A DNA stretch of 64,000 bases from Candidatus Poribacteria bacterium. GTDB lineage: Bacteria > Poribacteria > WGA-4E > WGA-3G. Shown here piece after piece: positions 20,141-29,874 of this stretch. A program made the translations under genes and the position numbers. Under the pieces are notes generated by a model. That model was given only the letters and a program-made list of their open reading frames with translations, made no database searches and was not told the origin of the DNA. Location of the stretch: the NCBI GenBank assembly GCA_963665235.2, contig CAXXLX010000001.1:2464001-2528000 (forward strand). Direction: 5' to 3'. The first letter of the stretch is position 1; the number at the start of each line of letters is the position of its first letter.

Positions 20141-22339
20141 TTATTTCCGTATTAACATCTTGCGCGTAACGGTGAAATCGCCTGCGGTGAGGGTATAGAA
20201 ATACACGCCGCTTGCAACAGACTCACCGAGTGCGTTTTTGCCATCCCAATAGGCGGCACGGTTTCGACTGTGATAAATACCGGCACGTTGATGTCCTAAG
20301 TCTAAATCCCGCACGACGCGGCCGTTGATGTCATAAATCGTCAACTTTACGTCTGATGCTTTGGCCAGTTGGTAGGGTATCCAGGTCTCTGGGTTGAATG
20401 GGTTTGGATAGTTCGCTAAAAGTTCGGTCTCTTTAGGTGTTAGTGCTGCCAAGAGCTGCTCTAAAAAGAGAATACCCTGTTGAAAGGTTGCATCTGTCAA
20501 ATTTAGCTTCTGGGCTTGGGATAGCCACTGCTGTACATCCGATTTTCTAAACATGTTTTCATAGCGCGCCCAAGCTGCTGGTGCAGCAGCCTTATTACCC
20601 AATGCGCCTGCAACTAACACCAGATCCACAATATCAATAATCCCATCCTTATTGACATCTGCCGGATTGCGCGGACCAGGAACAGTAGACGTGATATTAT
20701 CCAAGATATCATACCAAGCACGTTGCTGACTACTAGATAAACCACCACTGCTATCTGCTGCTAAATCAAGTTCAAAATTTAAAATGCTAATCATAATCAG
20801 GTCGTCGATATCAATAACCCCATCCTTATTAACATCTCCTATTTCCATTATGTGTGTTACAGAACTTTTACCGAAACTTGCGGCGACGAGTGTCAAATCT
20901 AAAATGTCTACAACACCATCAAGGTTAACATCCTCTCGTAGTCGTGGCCCCCCAACAACCATTGAATTTACTTGATCAAAGTGGGGAAGGTGTTTACCAA
21001 CACTATTAACTATTCTTGAGCTGGACAAGGTTAGGGTTGATTCTTTGATAGCAATAAATTCAAATGTTAGGGTTGCAAGAGTGCCGTCACCGCTGCTGCT
21101 GTCATTAACAGAGGTCGCGCCAAGTAGAACTTCATTTCCATCGACAACTGGGGCCACAAAAAACGAATCGTCCGGTAAATAATCTCCGTTCGCACTTGAA
21201 ACATAGCGAAGTGCCGTTGTATCGAAAAGCACCTTAGCTTGAAAACCAGTGATGTCTTTACCTGAAGTAATATTGATGTTAAGAGTTAGCCTGTCTCCGA
21301 TAGCTGCGGCATCTATTGGTAATGCCGTGATGTTCACACGGGTAGCAGGTGCCTTCCACAATCGGATGGTTTTTTCAACACCTCGGATGGTTTTGTCAGA
21401 ACTCCCACTTGCCAGCATTGAACCATCCGGACTGAACGATACGCTCCTGACCCTATCCGTATGCCCCGTGAGTGTTCTGATGTGTTGTCCCGTAGTCGCA
21501 TCCCACAAGCGGATGGTTTTGTCAGAACTCCCACTTGCCAGCATTGAACCATCCGGACTGAACGATACGCTCCTGACCCTATCCGTATGCCCCGTGAGTG
21601 TTCTGATGTGTTGTCCCGTAGTCGCATCCCACAAGCGGATGGTTTTGTCAGAACTCCCACTTGCCAGCAGTGAACCATCCGGACTGAACGATACGCTCCT
21701 GACCCAATCCGTATGCCCCGTGAGTGTTCTGATGTGTTGTCCCGTAGTCGCATCCCACAAGCGGATGGTATTGTCAGAACTCCCACTTGCCAGCAGTGAA
21801 CCATCCGCCGGACTAAACGCTACGCTATTGACCCAATCCGTATGCCCCGTGAGTGTTCTGATGTGTTGTCCCGTAGTCGCATCCCACAAGCGGATGGTAT
21901 TGTCCCCACTCCCACTTGCCAGCAGTGAACCATCCGCCGGACTAAACGCTACGCTACTGACCCAATACGTATGTCCTGTGAGTGTTCTGATATGTTGACC
22001 CGTTGTCGCATCCCATAAGCGGATGGTGTCGTCCCCACTCCCACTTGCGAGCAGTGCCCCATCCGGACTAAACGCTACGCTCCAGACAGAAGCCGTATGT
22101 CCTGTGAGTGTTCTGATATGTTGACCCGTTGTCGCATCCCATAAGCGGATGGTGTCGTCCCCACTCCCACTTGCGAGCAGTGCCCCATCCGGACTAAACG
22201 CTACGCTCCAGACATAATCCGTATGCCCTTTAAGAGTCGTATAGGAAATCTCGTGGGCAAAGGTGTTGGGTAAATAGATCGTTAAAATCAGAAGTATCAT
22301 CAAAGAAATGGAAATTTGCGTTTTTTTCATTACAAACAT
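20141..22339 (-). CDS. Secreted WD40 + cohesin + dockerin/EF-hand-like + C-terminal sorting-type domain protein
   Basis: Seven near-identical WD40 units (126/129 bp); cohesin-like GFQAKVLFD...GDGTLATLTF; DVNxDG repeats; LANYPNPFNPETWIPY...ASGVYFY tail. Confidence 0.9.
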   Translation of the reverse strand: MFVMKKTQISISLMILLILTIYLPNTFAHEISYTTLKGHTDYVWSVAFSPDGALLASGSGDDTIRLWDATTGQHIRTLTGHTASVWSVAFSPDGALLASGSGDDTIRLWDATTGQHIRTLTGHTYWVSSVAFSPADGSLLASGSGDNTIRLWDATTGQHIRTLTGHTDWVNSVAFSPADGSLLASGSSDNTIRLWDATTGQHIRTLTGHTDWVRSVSFSPDGSLLASGSSDKTIRLWDATTGQHIRTLTGHTDRVRSVSFSPDGSMLASGSSDKTIRLWDATTGQHIRTLTGHTDRVRSVSFSPDGSMLASGSSDKTIRGVEKTIRLWKAPATRVNITALPIDAAAIGDRLTLNINITSGKDITGFQAKVLFDTTALRYVSSANGDYLPDDSFFVAPVVDGNEVLLGATSVNDSSSGDGTLATLTFEFIAIKESTLTLSSSRIVNSVGKHLPHFDQVNSMVVGGPRLREDVNLDGVVDILDLTLVAASFGKSSVTHIMEIGDVNKDGVIDIDDLIMISILNFELDLAADSSGGLSSSQQRAWYDILDNITSTVPGPRNPADVNKDGIIDIVDLVLVAGALGNKAAAPAAWARYENMFRKSDVQQWLSQAQKLNLTDATFQQGILFLEQLLAALTPKETELLANYPNPFNPETWIPYQLAKASDVKLTIYDINGRVVRDLDLGHQRAGIYHSRNRAAYWDGKNALGESVASGVYFYTLTAGDFTVTRKMLIRK

Positions 22340-22498
22340 TCTCCTTTTTGGATTTGTATTTTCGGTCTAACGGGTTTGCGTTCGATATTTTAACTCAAGT
22401 TGCCATAATGATAGCATGGTTTGAATCATAGGTCAAATAAAATTTGCGATTGGGTGGTAAAGTAGGGGCGGGGTTTCCCCGCCCGATTAGAAACCTCA

Positions 22499-23062
22499 CT
22501 ATAGTGCCAAAAAGTTTGCTAAAAGACTCTTCCCAGCAGCAGTCAAAATAGACTCCGGATGAAACTGAACTCCCCAGACAGGCAGTGTTTTATGCCGAAG
22601 TCCCATGATTTCGTCCTGAGCTGTCCATGCGGTAATTTCCAAGCAATCTGGCAATGTGTCTTTTTTCACAATGAGCGAATGATAACGCGTCGCTTCAAAA
22701 GGGTTATCCAAACCGTCGAAAAGTTCTGTGCCGTTATGCAGTATCATTGAGGTTTTACCGTGCATCAACCGCTCCGCACGGACAACCTCACCGCCAAACA
22801 CGTCCCCGATACACTGATGCCCGAGGCAGACCCCCAGAATTGGCACTTTTCCAGCGAAATGTTTTATGACATCGTTGGATATGCCCGCTTCCCGTGGCGT
22901 GCAGGGGCCGGGTGAAATAACGATGCGTTCGGGAGAAAGCGCGTCTAACGCCTCTATACCTATCTTTCGGCTGCGATGAATTTCTAATTCAGCGCCGAGC
23001 TCTCCCAAATACTGCACGAGGTTGTAGGTAAACGAGTCGTAGTTGTCAATCATCAAGACCAT
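22499..23062 (-). CDS. trpG: Anthranilate synthase component II / glutamine amidotransferase
   Basis: [28 protein letters not shown]; follows trpE. Confidence 0.92.
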   Translation of the reverse strand: MVLMIDNYDSFTYNLVQYLGELGAELEIHRSRKIGIEALDALSPERIVISPGPCTPREAGISNDVIKHFAGKVPILGVCLGHQCIGDVFGGEVVRAERLMHGKTSMILHNGTELFDGLDNPFEATRYHSLIVKKDTLPDCLEITAWTAQDEIMGLRHKTLPVWGVQFHPESILTAAGKSLLANFLAL

Positions 23063-23073
23063 CTTTTTGCCTC

Positions 23074-24612
23074 CTATAACAACAGGCCGTGTTCTGCCAT
23101 CTCAATAGCTCTGAGCACGGCACGTGCCTTATTCATGGTTTCATAATACTCATTTTCGGGTATGGAATCAGCAACGACACCTCCACCCGCTTGCACGTAA
23201 GCGATGCCATCTTTGATGACAGCCGTTCGAATGGTTATGGCTGTGTCGGCACTGCCAGAAAAACTGAAATAACCGACTGCCCCGCCATACGTACCCCGAC
23301 GTGTCGGCTCTAATTCGTCAATTATCTCCATTGCGCGGATTTTAGGTGCCCCAGAGAGTGTCCCTGCCGGTAAACAGGCACGCATAACATCAAAAGCGGA
23401 AACATTCTCGCGCAACCGTCCGATAACATGCGATACAATGTGCATCACATGTGAGAAACGTTCGATTATCATCAGCTCGGTTACCTCAACGGTCCGATAT
23501 TCACACACCCGGCCGAAGTCGTTTCGTCCTAAATCGACGAGCATGACGTGTTCTGCCCGTTCCTTCGGATCATTAATAAGTGTCTGTGCTAGTTCGTGGT
23601 CTTCCTCGGTTGTCTTACCGCGGGGACACGTGCCGGCTATTGGACGGTGCTGTGCAATTCCATCTTCTACCCGTACCATCATCTCTGGCGATGCACCCAC
23701 AATGTCAAAACCACCCAGCTTTAAATAGTACATATATGGGGAGGGGTTGACTACTCGCAATGCCCGATAAATATCAAACGAGTCAACGGATACCGGGCAG
23801 CTAAATCGCTGTGAAGGCACAACCTGTATGATGTCGCCTGCGGCGATGTATTCTTTGGCGCGCCGTACTGCGTCTTCGTAAGCGGGTTTTGTAAAATTTG
23901 ATTGTAGCACGCGTGAGGATTTAGACAGCTGTTCAACCCCCATGTTCTCACTATCTGTAGGATTGGTTTGTCGGGTTTCTCTATGTTCAACCCGACCTAC
24001 AAGATCGGGAAAAACCTTTAGTTTTTCGACCAATGCATCAATTTTCTCTATAGCCTCAGCGTAAGCTGCATTTACATCCCCGTCAATATGTGCATTAGCG
24101 ACAACTTTAATCTGATGATTTACATGATCGAAAATTAGAATTGTCTCTGTGAGCATGAAAAAGCAATCGGGGAGCTGCAGTTCATCTTCGGTCTCATCGG
24201 GCAGTTCTTCGACAAAGCGCACCATGTCGTAACTCATATAGCCGACTGCCCCGCCGTGGAACTGCGGTAACCCTTCAACTTCAACGGGGTGATATTTCTG
24301 CATCATGTCTTCAAGGACTTGCAGCGGGTCATCGCAGGTTAGTGAAACCTTCTCCCCTTTTGACAGATATTCGATTGTTACCTGATGTCCTTTGCTGTGA
24401 AAAAGCACAGAGGGTTGACTTCCGAGAAACGAGTAGCGAGCGACCGTTTCGCCGCCTTCAACGCTTTCTAGCAAGAACGCAAAGGTATCGGGCATTAATT
24501 TGTAAAAGGCGGACACCGGTGTCTCCATATCCGCCAAAATTGGGCGATAGACCGGTATCATGTTGCCTATTTTCGCTTTATCCTGAAATTCCTCCAACGT
24601 CGGATAATACAT
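23074..24612 (-). CDS. trpE: Anthranilate synthase component I
   Basis: FLLESVEG and NPSPYM Trp-feedback motifs, [21 protein letters not shown]. Confidence 0.95.
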   Translation of the reverse strand: MYYPTLEEFQDKAKIGNMIPVYRPILADMETPVSAFYKLMPDTFAFLLESVEGGETVARYSFLGSQPSVLFHSKGHQVTIEYLSKGEKVSLTCDDPLQVLEDMMQKYHPVEVEGLPQFHGGAVGYMSYDMVRFVEELPDETEDELQLPDCFFMLTETILIFDHVNHQIKVVANAHIDGDVNAAYAEAIEKIDALVEKLKVFPDLVGRVEHRETRQTNPTDSENMGVEQLSKSSRVLQSNFTKPAYEDAVRRAKEYIAAGDIIQVVPSQRFSCPVSVDSFDIYRALRVVNPSPYMYYLKLGGFDIVGASPEMMVRVEDGIAQHRPIAGTCPRGKTTEEDHELAQTLINDPKERAEHVMLVDLGRNDFGRVCEYRTVEVTELMIIERFSHVMHIVSHVIGRLRENVSAFDVMRACLPAGTLSGAPKIRAMEIIDELEPTRRGTYGGAVGYFSFSGSADTAITIRTAVIKDGIAYVQAGGGVVADSIPENEYYETMNKARAVLRAIEMAEHGLLL

Positions 24613-24757
24613 GGATGTCTCCTTTGGCGATTAGCAATTGGCGATTAGCGATTAGCAATTGGCAAGAGAAAGAAGCCTCTGACGCGCATCAAAATTGTAG
24701 TCAGAATCACAAACTCTTGCTATTAGCCAATTGCCATTAGCCAACAGCCACTAGCCA

Positions 24758-25138
24758 TTAATACACTGCATCTGCTTCAAAAATTTTTTCACCTATAACA
24801 CGCGTTGCCGTTCCGTCGGGGGAGACTTCCCGAAAGAAGCAGGAACGGTAGCCGACATGACATGCTGCTACCTTCTGCTCAACCTTTATGAGCAGGGCAT
24901 CTCCATCGCAATCCACTGCGATAGATTTGACTGTCTGTGTATGCCCTGAAGTCTCCCCCTTTCGCCAGAGTTTTTGGCGGGAGCGGCTCCAGAAACAGAC
25001 ACGGCCGGTAGTCAGCGTCTCTTTTATCGCCTCCGTATTCATATAACCCAGCATCAACACTTCGTTATTTGTGTCGTCTTGGATTACTGCGGCGACTAAT
25101 CCATCGTTGTCATATTTTAGTTCGGATAAAATTTCCAT
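24758..25138 (-). CDS. hisI: Phosphoribosyl-AMP cyclohydrolase
   Basis: [35 protein letters not shown]. Confidence 0.96.
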   Translation of the reverse strand: MEILSELKYDNDGLVAAVIQDDTNNEVLMLGYMNTEAIKETLTTGRVCFWSRSRQKLWRKGETSGHTQTVKSIAVDCDGDALLIKVEQKVAACHVGYRSCFFREVSPDGTATRVIGEKIFEADAVY

Positions 25139-25162
25139 GATTTCTCCTTAGGCTGTCATCTT

Positions 25163-25206
25163 AAAAACAGAAAACCTCATGCCACTGCGGGGTGTGCATA
25201 AGGTTT
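25163..25206 (-). terminator. Attenuator (3:4) intrinsic terminator upstream of hisI
   Basis: Minus strand AAACCTTATGC-loop-GCATGAGGTTT followed by TCTGTTTTT. Confidence 0.8.
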
Positions 25207-25245
25207 AAAGGTAACGTCAAAATCGGTATTGACAAATTCGCTTGC

Positions 25246-25338
25246 TTAGCGCGCACACTCCCCCTTATCGGAATTGGAATGCCACCAATGCCAATCGTGT
25301 CCATTTGTATTTAGAGCGGAATATGCAGCAAATAACAT
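25246..25338 (-). CDS. His/Trp-rich leader peptide MLFAAYSALNTNGHDWHWWHSNSDKGECAR
   Basis: Translated by hand; AAGGA RBS; codons CAC GAT TGG CAT TGG TGG CAT; followed by antiterminator/terminator stems. Confidence 0.85.
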   Translation of the reverse strand: MLFAAYSALNTNGHDWHWWHSNSDKGECAR

Positions 25339-25422
25339 CGTTTTTTCTTTCCTTATTTGAGATTCATTGTAATTACAAAATCTACCATAGCTCGCTGCAC
25401 TTATGCGGAATCTGAAGTTGAT

Positions 25423-25656
25423 TTATCGATGGGCCTCCATATACGCTCGAAGCACTGTATTCATCCGCGTGTAGTAATCTTGCCCTTGTGCTTTGAACCA
25501 TTCCAAGATTTCAGGTTCAATCTGAAGGTAATTTTCAGGAACAATCCGCCGAGCATTTTCCCAAAAATCATCGGATAGTTCAGGGATTTCTGACGTATCA
25601 ATTGCGTCCTCAGGCAAGTCCTCAATTTCAGAGAACCGTGTTTTTGACAGCTGCAT
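25423..25656 (-). CDS. brnA: BrnA-family antitoxin
   Basis: IDTSEIPEL...FW; ILEWFKAQG..Y.TRMN.VLR; overlaps brnT. Confidence 0.85.
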   Translation of the reverse strand: MQLSKTRFSEIEDLPEDAIDTSEIPELSDDFWENARRIVPENYLQIEPEILEWFKAQGQDYYTRMNTVLRAYMEAHR

Positions 25657-25930
25657 GGTATCTTCTCCTTTCTTTGAGGGTTGCTTTTCTGGCGGAGATA
25701 ATTTGTGTCTGCCCGTTCCTATTTGTGTGACAAACTACCAACACCGCGCCACCTCCAAGCGTTCCAATGGTAATCTCTCGAATCTCGGTTCGCTTGTGTT
25801 CATCGTAATAATCTCTGGGGTCGACTCTCGTGAAATGAACACTTTGAAAAATACGTATTGCTTCTTCAAATCGAATTCCATGCTTTTTGAGGTTCATTCG
25901 GTTTTTCTGCGTGTCCCACTCAAATTCCAT
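25628..25930 (-). CDS. brnT: BrnT-family toxin
   Basis: MEFEWD..KN..N.KKHGI.FEEA; IISARKAT..E. Confidence 0.9.
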   Translation of the reverse strand: MEFEWDTQKNRMNLKKHGIRFEEAIRIFQSVHFTRVDPRDYYDEHKRTEIREITIGTLGGGAVLVVCHTNRNGQTQIISARKATLKERRRYHAAVKNTVL

Positions 25931-26073
25931 TTCTATAACGCTATCCCGGTTCATTTATAGTAAAATCTGAAAACACGTTGCGTTGACAGTGCCAGGGAAA
26001 TTAACCACCCTGCCTCGATGTCGAGAGGAAAACCAAAGATTGAGGTCTCCAAATAATTGTAGACTTGACTGTA

Positions 26074-26148
26074 ATTATACCCTATTCCCAGGCGAATGTC
26101 AAATTTTTCAGAAAAAATTTGACAAAAAATGGGATAATGTGGTATAAT
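26074..26148. promoter_or_regulatory. Divergent sigma70 promoters for brnTA (-) and the B12 operon (+)
   Basis: Minus TTGACA-17-TATAAT at 26074-26102; plus TTGACA-18-TATAAT at 26119-26148. Confidence 0.7.
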
Positions 26149-26171
26149 TAACTTGTAAACAATTAAATAAA

Positions 26172-26362
26172 CGAACGGTTCAGGTGCCGGATTACGGAGA
26201 ATAGGGAAGAGCGGTGAGAATCCGCCACGGCCCCGCCACTGTGAACGATTAATGATTTCCATAAAAAACGGGAAATTTTTCGCTGGCAAAAACCACTGTC
26301 AAAAATTGAGATGGGAAGGTGCAAGCGGAGATGTTCAGAAGTCAGGAGACCTGCCTGAATCG
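26172..26362 (+). promoter_or_regulatory. Cobalamin riboswitch
   Basis: AGGTGCC...AATAGGGAA..CGGTGAGAATCCG..CGGCCCCGCCACTGTGA...CCACTG...GGGAAGG...AAGTCAGGAGACCTGCCT (B12 box). Confidence 0.93.
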
Positions 26363-26504
26363 TGTTTCACGCTTATGCTTTCGCGGGAAAGCGAGGAAAC
26401 AAAGCACAGCGAGCTCTTGTTAGGTTCAGATGTTCACAACGTGCTGTCTTGTCCCCTGTTTTCCATAGAAAGCAGGGGTTTCTTGTTTCATTACGGAGGT
26501 TTTA

Positions 26505-27782
26505 ATGAATACAATCTTTTTCCTACGGCGGCACTTCTTATGCACAAAACGTTCACGGTTTCACACGTTTCTATTGATAAGCACACTACTTTTTATGCTC
26601 CTGATGGGTTCTGCTTTCGGACAAACCGAGGTTCAGAACATAGCGGTTGTTGTAAATGCGCTGACGCATTTTGACTTGGGCATCACCACATCTCTCTCCA
26701 TTATAGATTTAGCAGAATCGGATGCAAAGCGGGCTGTTACGAACGATGTTGTCCCGCTCGGCAATGTGCCGAACGACCTTGTGATTCGTGGGCATCTTGC
26801 CTACGTAACCAACGCCTTTAGTGACAATATCCTGATTATCAACCTACAGCACCGAGAAATTGTCGACACGATAGCATTCCGTTCAGGCGCGAATCCCCAA
26901 AAACTCGCTTTTGTAAACGAGAACAAGATGTATGTCACCTGTGAGGGGGCCAATGAGGTGCATGTTGTAGATGTCGCTGCGAGACGTGTGACGAAGACGA
27001 TTATCGATATATTCAATAAACCTTTCGGTATCACGATTCTCAACGGGAAGGCGTACGTGACAAATTCTGCCTGGGAATATGATGTGGTGGAAAAGGCAGT
27101 CCGTTATCATCAGAGCAGTGTCACCGTAATTGATACGGTAACGGACACCGTCCTAAAGACAGTTCCGATGCCAACAAACGCCGGGGAGATTCTCAACGAT
27201 GGCGAGTCTACTGTTATTGTCAAAACAACAGGCGATTACAATCTCATTCCTGGAAACCTCGTTTTCATTGACTCGACGACTGATGAAATTGTCAAAACGG
27301 TGAAGCTGAGAATGACCCCAGGGTCTTTTGCAATCAATTCACAGAAACACCTATTTATTCAGGGAAGATTTCCAAGCCGAGGCCTCTTCATTTACGATGT
27401 AGTGGATATGAATTGGATTCGCGGGCTGTATACGCCAATCGTAGATGAGAATGATGGCTGGGGAATGACTTTTGCCCCAGATGACACTCTCTACATCGCT
27501 TATCCCGATTGGGGTGGAGGCGGTCAGGATGTCGTTCGTGTTCTGGGCACTGATGAAACATTCCACCAAACGTACCGGGTTGGGCATGGGGCTTCCATTG
27601 TGGCAATTGCACAACTCGTAATTCGGCCTGAGGATGTCAACGACGATGGGCTGGTTGACATAAGGGATTTAGTGATGATCAGTCAGAATCTCGGGCAAAG
27701 GGGGCAAGGAGTCCGTGGCGATGTTAATAAGGATGGCAAGGTTGATATTCTCGACCTAGTTCGTGTTGTTCAGCATTTCTAA
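26505..27782 (+). CDS. Secreted YncE/YVTN beta-propeller with C-terminal dockerin-like EF-hand pair
   Basis: Signal peptide; AYVTN, MYVTC, AYVTN repeats; EDVNDDG and GDVNKDG. Confidence 0.85.
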   Translation: MNTIFFLRRHFLCTKRSRFHTFLLISTLLFMLLMGSAFGQTEVQNIAVVVNALTHFDLGITTSLSIIDLAESDAKRAVTNDVVPLGNVPNDLVIRGHLAYVTNAFSDNILIINLQHREIVDTIAFRSGANPQKLAFVNENKMYVTCEGANEVHVVDVAARRVTKTIIDIFNKPFGITILNGKAYVTNSAWEYDVVEKAVRYHQSSVTVIDTVTDTVLKTVPMPTNAGEILNDGESTVIVKTTGDYNLIPGNLVFIDSTTDEIVKTVKLRMTPGSFAINSQKHLFIQGRFPSRGLFIYDVVDMNWIRGLYTPIVDENDGWGMTFAPDDTLYIAYPDWGGGGQDVVRVLGTDETFHQTYRVGHGASIVAIAQLVIRPEDVNDDGLVDIRDLVMISQNLGQRGQGVRGDVNKDGKVDILDLVRVVQHF

Positions 27783-27832
27783 CGCGGATGGTTTATGGAG
27801 TATCAGGGTTATTTCGTTTAAGGTTTTGGACT

Positions 27833-29816
27833 ATGCGTAAATGGGTCGTGCTCGGGAGCTCGCTCCTACTTTTAACGTTGCTCCTCACTGGGTGTACACC
27901 GAAGTCGGAAGATGCTTCCCTGGCATGGCAGATTACGTTTTTTCCGCTCGGTGCCAAGATACAGTTTGAGCAACGAATCGCCGGTGGCGCAGGTTTCAGC
28001 CTTTAGTGCCGATGGAACGTTGGTCGCTCAACTCAATTTTCCCACACCGCCGCGTCAGATAGAAGTGCTTTATTTTGAATGGCGCGAGGCGGAGGTGTAT
28101 AGATTTGAGGCGACCTTATCCACTGGACAGGTTCACGTCCAAAGTGTGACTGCGCCCCGTGAACCTCCCCGCGGCAGCATAGAACTTGCTATTCCTTACG
28201 GCGTAGCACAGAAGATAGAGGCGGTACATTCCGCCGCTGAACCCCTCACAAAGGCACTTGTCTTACAAGGAGGTGAAATGACAGCCACGGTCGTCGTCAC
28301 GAACGGAAATGCACCGAGTGCGTTTGAGGTAGAGCTCTGCCTCCCCTCAACGTTTTCCATTGTTCAGGTGCCTATAGGTTGGAAATCTGAAACAACTGGT
28401 GCCGAAACCTGTTTGTCTACGACTGGCACATTTCGGATTACCTCGGAGGTCTACTATCGTGAGTTCGTTCTAAAGATTCCTGTAGAAAACACAGTGCCGA
28501 ACGGTGTTCAGGACATGCCTGTTACAATTAGAGGGAGGGTTCGCTTTAAAACGGATGCAGGCGAGATATCCGAACAGACAACATCGGTAATGTTGAACAT
28601 GGCGACGATTTCGGAGATTGCCGGGCATCTCTCTATAGAATCTATTCAGATGCCTACGGATGCGGTGGGCATCGCTGCCCTTCAGCAGCGACCCGATACC
28701 ATCGTTATGTTACGGAAACCTACGGAGAATGTCTACTATCGTTGGTTGGAAAAATTTGGAATAAAACCCCGCACCTCCCAGATTGATGTGTTTGAGCCGA
28801 TAGCTCACCAGACAGTGCGGCTCCGTAATCGGAGCGAGGAGACTATCCATGTCGTTGTCTCTTCCATCAATCGAGACGCGAAGAGTGGCGAGCCTCTGCT
28901 GTTTCTTGCACCGCCGGACGCAGTTAGTGCGGGTACCGGACAGAGTGTCGCTTTCGCCAGCTTACCGGGTGAGACAGTGACAGCCATTCCTTTGCCTCTC
29001 TACCTTCATCCACAAGCAGCTAAGGCGGGAACATACCAGCGGGAGATTGAGGTAAAAGTCTGGGGAAGTAATGCCACAATTCTTCGGGAACAACGACCAC
29101 TCTATCTCATCGTCCCGAATAGACATGCGCTGTTTGTAAGTATGGTGGCTATTGTTGTCAGCGGTATCGGATTGGCAGTGCTTCTGTGGTTTCACCAACG
29201 ATTTTTTGCCCGTTGGACAACGAAACAACTTATCGTCATTGCACTCTTCGGTACAACGATTTTTGTAACAGTTGTCGTACCCTCAACACTGTTTTTGAAC
29301 CTCATCCGCGCACTTCTCGGCCCCTTTGCTGGGTTGTTGAGCGGACTGATTAACGAGACACTCTACTATGCGTTGCTGACCGCGTTGCTTATCTATATTA
29401 ACGGTGCCCCCAGCGGTACCCGGAAACAAAGACACAATAAATTGTGTGATGATGTGCCAAATATGCAAGGCGGTGTCATCCTACTTGTCTCTGCTGTCCG
29501 CTTACTTCTCGGCGGTGTCATGTTTGGCAGTTTCACGCCGATGGAAATTGTCTATACTGGGACAAGTGTCATCCTGCTTGAGACAGGATTCCTACTTGTT
29601 CGAAGGCGTGGTTTATTTGCATGGGCGTTCGTGCTCGCTATATGCGATGCAATCGCTGTATATGTTGAGTTCCAGCTCTCTATCCTGTTCTATCGTCTCT
29701 TTTTCGCCGATTGGTATATCGTCCTTCGAATTATAGTAGAGGGATTCACCTATACCTTTATCGGCGTACTTCTGGGGGCAAGGTTGGGACGTGGATTGTG
29801 GAAGGTGGCTGAATAG
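27833..29816 (+). CDS. Lipoprotein with large extracytoplasmic region and C-terminal multi-TM ECF S-component-like domain; frameshift near 27970
   Basis: MRKW...LLLTGC lipobox in one frame joins ESPVAQV... in the next; about 6-7 hydrophobic helices around and after RWTTKQLIVIALFG. Confidence 0.6.
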
Positions 29817-29874
29817 ACATGGATAACTTATGTTACGAAAACCTTAGGAGCGGGCTGCTTGCCCGAATATTGAA

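Noticed and set aside
21355-22240. Diversity-generating retroelement TR/VR pair
   Set aside because: No reverse transcriptase in the window; repeats are tandem in-frame WD40 units and differences are not adenine-specific.
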